The position numbers and the translations under genes were made by a program. From a virus, in the IMG/VR virus record IMGVR_UViG_3300044646_003076: a DNA stretch of 64,000 nt; one strand, given 5' to 3'. Positions 57,126 to 64,000 of the stretch are shown piece by piece. The notes under the pieces were generated by a model. It made no database searches, was not told the origin of the DNA, and saw only the letters and a program-made list of their open reading frames with translations. Position 1 is the first letter of the stretch. Every line of letters starts with the position of its first letter.

Positions 57126-58456
57126 TGACACTTAATCTTAATGCTGCGGTGAGTTCTTCGCAGTTAAAACAATTCACATTATACTCTAATAACAACAGAG
57201 ATGTTGATATTACTGGTGGTTTTATTGAGATGTGTTTTTATCAAAGTTGTCTTGATTATAGTGTAAGAGTAACAGCCATTATTGGTGATACTGGTTATCG
57301 TCTAGAAAACAACTCTTCTGGTATGTTTGAAAGAGATGATCTTAATCTAACGGCGGGAGAAAAAGCAACAATTCTTGCGGAAGATGGTTATGGTAATAAA
57401 CTCTCATTTTTAGACGATTATCATCTAAGACTTCAACAAGTAAGAGATATAGATGAACATACAGGTAAAGCCGTATTCACTTTAGATTTTTATTCTAAAG
57501 AATGTATTGATAATGAATTGGTTGATTGTAGAGTCACCAAAAGATATAACGGTAGAATTTCTGATTCAGTTTCTTCTATTTTAAGTGAAACTCTTAAGAC
57601 ACCAAAAAAGCTTTATATTGATGAGACGATTAATAAGTTTAACTTTCTTGGTAATATAGAAAAACCATTCTATAAAATTCCTTGGCTCGCATCTAAATCG
57701 GTTCCTAATCTACCAGAATCCATCGGGAAATACGCCGGTTATTTTTTCTATGAGACACCAGATGACGGTCATGGTAATGGAGGTTATCATTTCAAATCTA
57801 TTGATAAATTTTTCTCACAGACACCCAAAAAGAAACTGATTTTCAATAATACACCATTTCTTCCTTCCGGATATGATGAGAAGATTCTTGCATATTCAAT
57901 CAATAGCTCGGTCAATTTGGATAATACTCTTAGAATGGGTTCACTCACAAAACCGATTCTTAAAAGTTTCAATCCATTCACTCAAGAGTACAAAGAGGAA
58001 ACAACTTTTAGTGATGTTGAGAGAATGAATGAGAATTATATGGGTGGTACAAATATGCCACAAATTGCTCAGGATTTAGATCTTTGGAATAAATCAACCA
58101 AAATTTATAACAGATGGAAGCCGATCGGTATTCTTCCAACTGGTAGTACGCTTGAAAAACAATTAGAAGAGATTGAAGCCGCAGATTGGGATATTGAGTC
58201 TATTGAAAGGCAGGCAAAGGCGAGATACAATAATCTCTTCAACACCCGCCTAAATATTACCATTCCGGGTGATTTCTCTATTCAAGCTGGTAACATCTTA
58301 ACATGTGACTTTCCAGAAATATCAGGCAAGGCATCAAAGATTGTCAGTAATAAGAAGAGTGGAAATTATCTGGTTATTGATGTGGCTCACAGAATAACAA
58401 AAATGAATTGTTTCACATCAATAAATCTAGTAAGAGAATCAATCTACAAGACATAA
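57125..58456 (+). CDS. Baseplate hub protein (gp27-like)
   Basis: GYFFYET, FKSID.F, LNITIPGDFSIQAG.IL.C.FP, SGNYLV..VAH; position before gp5. Confidence 0.7.
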   Translation: MTLNLNAAVSSSQLKQFTLYSNNNRDVDITGGFIEMCFYQSCLDYSVRVTAIIGDTGYRLENNSSGMFERDDLNLTAGEKATILAEDGYGNKLSFLDDYHLRLQQVRDIDEHTGKAVFTLDFYSKECIDNELVDCRVTKRYNGRISDSVSSILSETLKTPKKLYIDETINKFNFLGNIEKPFYKIPWLASKSVPNLPESIGKYAGYFFYETPDDGHGNGGYHFKSIDKFFSQTPKKKLIFNNTPFLPSGYDEKILAYSINSSVNLDNTLRMGSLTKPILKSFNPFTQEYKEETTFSDVERMNENYMGGTNMPQIAQDLDLWNKSTKIYNRWKPIGILPTGSTLEKQLEEIEAADWDIESIERQAKARYNNLFNTRLNITIPGDFSIQAGNILTCDFPEISGKASKIVSNKKSGNYLVIDVAHRITKMNCFTSINLVRESIYKT

Positions 58457-58460
58457 ATTT

Positions 58461-58670
58461 ATGAATAGTATTACCGAACACATTAGATCAAATCAAAAAG
58501 AACTTGATAATCCGGGTCTTAGTCCACAAAGACGCAGACATGTTTCTCAAGAATTAGACTTTCTTGAACGTTATCAAAGAAATCATCCCGATTCCGATAA
58601 AGATCCATCGGCTCTAGAGCTTTATTGTGATGAAAATCCCAATGCATTAGAATGTAGAATTCATGAGTGA
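58461..58670 (+). CDS. cp12: CP12 Calvin-cycle inhibitor, cyanophage type
   Basis: SPQRRRH...DPSALELYCDENPNALECRI C-terminal Cys pair; lacks the N-terminal Cys pair. Confidence 0.88.
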   Translation: MNSITEHIRSNQKELDNPGLSPQRRRHVSQELDFLERYQRNHPDSDKDPSALELYCDENPNALECRIHE

Positions 58671-60825
58671 AACTCCTGGAGTTAATGCTACTTATTGGTG
58701 GGTGGGACAGGTTGTTGATGAGAAGAACTGGCAAAAATCTCAAACCGGTTTACTTCATCGTCCGACCGATACTAAAGGTGAAACGTTTTCTTATAAAGTG
58801 AGAATCGTAGGTCGGCACACTCCAGAAACTCCAAGTATTGATCTCCCAACGGCTTCTGTTGCCTTACCTGTAACCGCTGGCGGAGGATTGGCGGGATCTG
58901 TTCAAACACCAAACATAAGACAGGGTTCTTATGTTGTTGGGTTTTATCGTGATGGTAAAGACGGCAATGAGCCTTTTATTGCATTTGTTCTTCCGGTAAA
59001 TCCAAAAACGAGTCTGTTTCCAGAAGAACCAGAAAAAGGATTTATCGCAAGAAGTGCGTTCACGAATAAACCAATTCCAACGGGAAATATCGGCGCGGAA
59101 AATAAACCCACCGAAAGCATTGATCCAAATCTATACACAACAGCCGATAGAGATCGTTATGTTGATGGAAGAAGATCCTTTTATCTTCCAAAAACAAAGG
59201 CATGTGAAGGTCCATCGGGTCCGTTAAAGGGAATTCAAAAATCTATTGGTGATGCAATATCAATAACAAATCTTATTAAATCTGGTGTATTAGGAAGTGC
59301 GTCTGATCTTTCTGGATTATTAGATAATCAATTATCCTCAATTCAAAATCGTACAACGGGATTGGTGAAGACTCTTATTGATTCAATGAGAACTTCGGTT
59401 ATGAATAAAATCAATAAGGAATTCAGCGAAAAGTTAGATCAATTTAATCCTCAAGAGAGAATCAAATACAGTAAAGAATTTGAGAGTGCTAACGATATTG
59501 TATTTTGTTTATTTCAAAAGATTCTAAATCGTCTACCCAATATTATTAAAGATCTTTTTGATAGTGTTATTGATAAGTACGTCAATGCACCTCTTTGTGC
59601 TGCGGAAAATTTTCTAGCTGAAATACTATCAAAGGTCTTTGGTGAATTATCTGACGGTATTAGTGGAATTCTTGCATTTTCGGGAATAGGTGATGTCACC
59701 AATCAGATCTATTCTGGTTTATCAATTTTTGTTGGAGTTTTAGAGTTTCTCACCTGTGAAGATGATATAAATTGTGAGATGAATGAGCAATGGAGTATTT
59801 TTAGTGGACCCAAAAAGGCTCTTGAAAATCTAGGCTCAGATATTGATAAAAGAATTGCTGGTATCACTTCATCTATCACAAACAATGAAAATAATTCGTC
59901 TTGTAGTACATCTCAAGTACCTTGTGGTCCACCAACCGTTAGATTCTTAAGTTCTTCGGGTTCAGGAGCATCAGCTAATCCCATCGTGAGTTTCACTGGA
60001 TCTATTATCGGATTTGATATTATTACTGGTGGAAGTGGATACACATCACCACCAACAATTGAGATTGTTGATAAATGTGGTAATGGTTCTGGTGCCATGG
60101 GAGTTGCAATTATGAGAAAAGATAATTCGTCTGTTATTGATAATGTCGTAATGATTGATAGTGGCGCTGGTTATTTGCAATATCCAGACGGAAGTACCGG
60201 AGGAGAAGGATTTATATTCTCAAATCCAAATGATACGATTATTTTCAATGAAACTTCAGGATATTCTGTCTATGGTCCAGGAACTGTTGTTGATGTACTG
60301 GAAAATGATTTAATTTATTTTAAGACTTTTGCTAATACCACAGTTTATAATTCCAGCGGAAATGTTTTACAAGACATAATTGGAAAAGGTCCGACAGTTC
60401 CAGTGACAATAAACTATAATGGAACTCTCACAACTTCGGTATCAGATGATATAATCTCAAATCGTGGTGATTTTCCTTCTTCTGATAACTCTTATCCAGT
60501 TGTTCTCACTATTGATGATATAGCTGTCACTAATTCTGGATCTAATTATGTTAATGGTGATGAAGTAGTATTAGCTCCGTCTAATGGCGCTGAAATTTCA
60601 ATCTCCTTTGATAACAATGGATCTATTAAAAATGTGGTTGTTAACAATGGAGGAATAGGCTTTACAGAAGTTCCAAAAATATCAATTAAAACAAAAACCG
60701 GATTCAATGCAAATCTTATTCCTGTGTTTAAGGTTCTAAGAGTTGGTGATAGTAAAGAAGATATTATACCACCAAATACACCTATCGTGAATGTTATTGA
60801 TTGTGTGGGGGTTGTAGAGAAATGA
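58663..60825 (+). CDS. gp5: Baseplate hub/spike protein gp5-like
   Basis: WWVGQV, YKVRIVGRHT, V.GFYRDG OB-fold; C-terminal GSGY beta repeats. Confidence 0.85.
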   Translation: MSETPGVNATYWWVGQVVDEKNWQKSQTGLLHRPTDTKGETFSYKVRIVGRHTPETPSIDLPTASVALPVTAGGGLAGSVQTPNIRQGSYVVGFYRDGKDGNEPFIAFVLPVNPKTSLFPEEPEKGFIARSAFTNKPIPTGNIGAENKPTESIDPNLYTTADRDRYVDGRRSFYLPKTKACEGPSGPLKGIQKSIGDAISITNLIKSGVLGSASDLSGLLDNQLSSIQNRTTGLVKTLIDSMRTSVMNKINKEFSEKLDQFNPQERIKYSKEFESANDIVFCLFQKILNRLPNIIKDLFDSVIDKYVNAPLCAAENFLAEILSKVFGELSDGISGILAFSGIGDVTNQIYSGLSIFVGVLEFLTCEDDINCEMNEQWSIFSGPKKALENLGSDIDKRIAGITSSITNNENNSSCSTSQVPCGPPTVRFLSSSGSGASANPIVSFTGSIIGFDIITGGSGYTSPPTIEIVDKCGNGSGAMGVAIMRKDNSSVIDNVVMIDSGAGYLQYPDGSTGGEGFIFSNPNDTIIFNETSGYSVYGPGTVVDVLENDLIYFKTFANTTVYNSSGNVLQDIIGKGPTVPVTINYNGTLTTSVSDDIISNRGDFPSSDNSYPVVLTIDDIAVTNSGSNYVNGDEVVLAPSNGAEISISFDNNGSIKNVVVNNGGIGFTEVPKISIKTKTGFNANLIPVFKVLRVGDSKEDIIPPNTPIVNVIDCVGVVEK

Positions 60826-61478
60826 TTGATCTATCACATTTAAAAATTAATGAGACTGGACCAAAGACGAATCCTGAAGCTATCGCTTATGGTAATAAAG
60901 ATGGTAAGATTCATTTTGGTTATATGTACACCGCTAATCTTGATGCAACAGCGGCAAGTGCATTAGCCGGAGTTCATATACAGGGATTCCATTCACTCCA
61001 TTATATGAGTTTGATGAAGAATGGACCAATGAAAGGTTCTACTATTAATCGTTGCCCTGGACCTTATCAGATTGTTTGTGCATCTGAACATGCAGGAGTC
61101 GTCGGTGAAACTGATGGAACCGGTTATTTTCTGTTTGTTGAAAACGGAGATGTTGTTATAAGAGCCCCAAACGGACGAGTAAGAATTTCCGGTCAAGATG
61201 TTGACATAAGAGCGGAAGGGTCAGACACTTCAAGAGGCACAATCAATCTGGATTCAAATCAAGCCGTTAATATAAAAACCGGAAGCTTTGATGTAAAGGC
61301 CGATCTTGGTATGAAACTCTTCACTCCAAAGAGCATAGATATAGTAGCGAACACTTCTTTGGGCCTGATCAGTAATTTCGTTAATGGTCTCACCGCAGCA
61401 TCTTCAACGAGACCAGCTAAAGGAGTTCCAATATCAGCTTCTACTAAAAAGTTCAAAAATTCTCAAAGTTATAATTAA
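60822..61478 (+). CDS. Gp5 C-terminal-like spike/needle protein
   Basis: GKIHFG, NGDVVIRAPNGRVRISGQDVDI beta-rich repeats. Confidence 0.6.
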   Translation: MIDLSHLKINETGPKTNPEAIAYGNKDGKIHFGYMYTANLDATAASALAGVHIQGFHSLHYMSLMKNGPMKGSTINRCPGPYQIVCASEHAGVVGETDGTGYFLFVENGDVVIRAPNGRVRISGQDVDIRAEGSDTSRGTINLDSNQAVNIKTGSFDVKADLGMKLFTPKSIDIVANTSLGLISNFVNGLTAASSTRPAKGVPISASTKKFKNSQSYN

Positions 61479-61480
61479 GT

Positions 61481-62275
61481 ATGGCATTTTCACAAGACGA
61501 TGTATGTGTATCTCATCAATTAGTTGTTGGTGATGGTTTTCCTGATTTTTTGGGTGTCGGCGAAGAAAAGATAAGAGGATCGGCCTATGTTGAAGGTCCG
61601 ATGGTTATTGGTGATCCTGATATTTTTTCAAATGTTTCTGCAACACTTATCGTTGGTCCCAATATTAACGTAGACTCGGAACCATCTTTTGTTGGTGGTA
61701 ATGGTATTTGTGGTAATAATTATAGTCCATATTCACTAGCGGTTTCCGGTGATGCTGTTATTTTTGATAATCTCAGTGTTAATGGTAGAGTGGATGTTGG
61801 TACTCATCTTGTCGCTCAAGGAGAAGTGATTTCTAGATGCGGTAAACATGTTCTTTCGGCTAAGAAGAATTTTGATATTGAACATCCATCAAAACCCGGT
61901 TGGAGATTAAGACACACCTGCCCCGAAGCACCATCTAATGATGTTTATATTAGAGGAACACTTAAAAATTCAAATGAAATCTTATTACCAAAATACTGGA
62001 AAGATTTTGTTGATATTGAATCAATAACAGTCAATATCACACCAATTAAAACCCTTCAAAATATTACAGTAAAAGATATAACAGAAGAAAGAATTCTTTT
62101 GCTTTCCAATTTTTCAATGCCTATTCATTGTTTTTATCATGTCTTTGCTGAAAGAAAAGATGGTGAAAAATTGATTCCAGAATATAGTGGTGATAGTCCA
62201 GCCGATTATCCCGGTAATAATAACGAATATTCAATTTCGGGTTATCACTACGACGTAAAAAATAATCATGGTTGA
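61481..62275 (+). CDS. Tail-associated protein, paralogue 1
   Basis: KKNFDIEHPSKPGWRLRHTCPEAP...VYIRG domain. Confidence 0.65.
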   Translation: MAFSQDDVCVSHQLVVGDGFPDFLGVGEEKIRGSAYVEGPMVIGDPDIFSNVSATLIVGPNINVDSEPSFVGGNGICGNNYSPYSLAVSGDAVIFDNLSVNGRVDVGTHLVAQGEVISRCGKHVLSAKKNFDIEHPSKPGWRLRHTCPEAPSNDVYIRGTLKNSNEILLPKYWKDFVDIESITVNITPIKTLQNITVKDITEERILLLSNFSMPIHCFYHVFAERKDGEKLIPEYSGDSPADYPGNNNEYSISGYHYDVKNNHG

Positions 62276-63032
62276 AACTACAAATAATATTCTAATCACT
62301 AGAGAATATGGCGAAAAGGATTGTTCTGATCCGGTTATAACAGGAATTCCATCAAATCGTTTTGATTTTGTGTTGAAGCCATATAATGCCGATTTAGAAG
62401 ATATATCTTCAGAATTAAATATTGATCCTCCTTGTGATCTTTGGTATTATTATAACATGAAGGTGGGTTCACTAAAGGCATTAGAAGATGTTAATGTTGA
62501 TGGAGAAGTTACTGCCGTTGGTGAAGTGTCATCCAATAATGGAATTCATGTTCTGTCAAATAAGAAAAATTTACCCTTTGATATGCCTCATCCTAATAAA
62601 AAAGGATGGAGATTAAGGCATGTTTGTATTGAAGGTCCCGAAATCGCTGTTTATTGTAGAGGTGAAATAAATGAAACCGGAATTATTGATTTGCCTTCTT
62701 TCTGGGACGGTTTGGTAAATCTTGATGATATGACCATAAATATCACACCTATTGGTCATTGGCAAGAATTATTCGTTGAACATATCAATAAAAATAAAAA
62801 ACAAGTCATCATTAAAAATAATAACGGTACCAAAATTCGGGCAAATTATCATATTGTTGCAAGAAGATTAGATGATGATCTTATTGTAGAATATCAAGGT
62901 GAAAATTATACAGATTATCCAAAAGGAAATGAAGGATATTCTTTTAATTATGAACATTCTTATGTTGAAAATTTAATCAAAGAACAAATTAAGAGAGAAA
63001 TAAAAAATGCAAGTAACAAGAGAAGTCAGTGA
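62268..63032 (+). CDS. Tail-associated protein, paralogue 2
   Basis: KKNLPFDMPHPNKKGWRLRHVCIEGPE.AVYCRG domain. Confidence 0.65.
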   Translation: MVETTNNILITREYGEKDCSDPVITGIPSNRFDFVLKPYNADLEDISSELNIDPPCDLWYYYNMKVGSLKALEDVNVDGEVTAVGEVSSNNGIHVLSNKKNLPFDMPHPNKKGWRLRHVCIEGPEIAVYCRGEINETGIIDLPSFWDGLVNLDDMTINITPIGHWQELFVEHINKNKKQVIIKNNNGTKIRANYHIVARRLDDDLIVEYQGENYTDYPKGNEGYSFNYEHSYVENLIKEQIKREIKNASNKRSQ

Positions 63033-63162
63033 CGATCTTATCGCACTACAAGAAGATATCGCGGCTCATTTCTGTGAAGATAACTTTCCTATGAGTGGTG
63101 AATTGTATTGGACTTTAGTTGAATCTATTGCCACTGCAAAGCTATCGGAAATTACATCTTGA
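63007..63162 (+). CDS. Small cyanophage hypothetical protein (not in ORF track)
   Basis: LQEDIAAHFCEDNFPMSGELYWTLVESIATAKL. Confidence 0.65.
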   Translation: MQVTREVSDDLIALQEDIAAHFCEDNFPMSGELYWTLVESIATAKLSEITS

Positions 63163-63218
63163 CCACTTTACGAACTGTCACTAGGTAACTCCAAAATCCA
63201 TCAGGATGTGTTAAGATT
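63160..63218 (+). promoter_or_regulatory. Dyad element plus extended -10 promoter
   Basis: TGACCA-N7-AACTGTCAC then TGTGTTAAGAT. Confidence 0.55.
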
Positions 63219-63241
63219 GATTCATCTTCGTATTTGAAGTA

Positions 63242-63439
63242 ATGAAAATCTCAAAAACAAATATTCAAGCTCAATATAATGAACTATTAGATCAAGGTCT
63301 AGAGGATTGGGAAGCTAGAACTACAATTATCAATGATATGATTTCATTGGAACCCACATCAGAACATTTTGTGGGAAATCCTGGAGATTCTGAATATTAT
63401 TTCACAATCCAAACCATTTGGAATCTATGTAATCTATGA
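63242..63439 (+). CDS. Hypothetical protein
   Basis: Packed ORF. Confidence 0.55.
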   Translation: MKISKTNIQAQYNELLDQGLEDWEARTTIINDMISLEPTSEHFVGNPGDSEYYFTIQTIWNLCNL

Positions 63440-63645
63440 GACCCGAAACTCGTGAAGCTATGGAGAATCTCTTTGGTGCAAAATGGAATGTACCAAAAGC
63501 GGCGGATTATTGTAATCTCACCAACAAAGAGTGTAAAATTGTCTTTAATGAATATTGTCGCCTAAATCCTCCAACATATGTTCAAGAAAGTTCTTTTGAT
63601 CTACTTGTGTTATCTCATTCTGATGATGTGAAAGATGAATCTTGA
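63436..63645 (+). CDS. Conserved cyanophage hypothetical protein
   Basis: MRPETREAMENLF.AKWNVPKAA..CNLT.KE.KI.F. Confidence 0.72.
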   Translation: MRPETREAMENLFGAKWNVPKAADYCNLTNKECKIVFNEYCRLNPPTYVQESSFDLLVLSHSDDVKDES

Positions 63646-64000
63646 TAATAAAAGCGATATCATACATGATGACATTGAAAGTCTTTCATTGGATGATAGA
63701 ATTAATCTGGCATATAATCCAAACACCCCACCAACAACATTAGATCAACTAGCTACTAATGAGCATTATTGGGTTCGTTATTGGGTAGCACAACATCCAA
63801 ACACACCACCAAAAGCCCTAGAACAACTAGCGACCGATGAGGAATATTATGGTATTCGTCGTGAAGTAGCACAAAACCGAAACACACCACCAAAAGTCCT
63901 AGAACAACTAGCGACCGATGAGGAATATTATGGTATTCGTCGTGAAGTAGCACAAAACCGAAACACACCACCAAAAGTCCTAGAACAACTAGCGACCGAT
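63635..64000 (+). CDS. LRV/HEAT-like repeat protein I (runs off the window; not in ORF track)
   Basis: Hand translation MNLDNKSD...LAYNPNTPPTTLDQLATNEHYWVRYWVAQHPNTPPKALEQLATDEEYYGIRREVAQN...; includes 81-nt/27-aa variant repeats. Confidence 0.88.
   Translation, partial: MNLDNKSDIIHDDIESLSLDDRINLAYNPNTPPTTLDQLATNEHYWVRYWVAQHPNTPPKALEQLATDEEYYGIRREVAQNRNTPPKVLEQLATDEEYYGIRREVAQNRNTPPKVLEQLATD

Noticed and set aside
20835-63974. Minus-strand ORFs over the repeat genes (e.g. 21219-21494, 24162-24359, 34564-34995, 37751-37948, 63756-63974)
   Set aside because: Shadow frames of the repeat unit, which lacks stops on the reverse strand; no independent signals
1-64000. Integrase, transposase, rRNA or photosystem genes
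   Set aside because: None recognised in this window

Overview
AT-rich (roughly mid-30s %GC by eye) segment of a large T4-like myovirus, almost certainly a cyanophage. Evidence: cyanophage-type CP12, phoH, thyX, speD, glutaredoxin, a glycosyltransferase cluster, TAAATA late promoters, and the gp33-gp59-gp32-gp53-gp48-gp2-gp4-gp26-gp51-gp5 block. The window runs from the 3' end of nrdB through a C39-like/GH19 lysin and a tail fibre with a high-GC tip. It then crosses a long accessory region (AAA ATPase, DEDDh exonuclease, RNA ligase, NAMPT, two tRNAs), a glycosylation cluster, nucleotide-metabolism genes and the replication/baseplate core. The most striking unexplained structure is a dispersed family of at least nine genes built from a 78-nt/26-aa LRV/HEAT-like repeat (about 38 complete repeats). 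The scaffold is near-invariant; six hypervariable positions are rich in W/Y/R/C. Identical half-repeat DNA blocks recur in different combinations in distant genes, and a conserved C-cap supplies an ATGA start for the next gene. This resembles a natural, recombination-diversified binder library (alphaRep-like). Other points: a recurring dyad plus extended -10 promoter element, four homopolymer-associated frame breaks, a possible R-M cassette between gp59 and gp32, an ~110-aa insertion in the exonuclease, and a structured RNA candidate upstream of rlpA. All family calls are from motif recognition; no database search was run.
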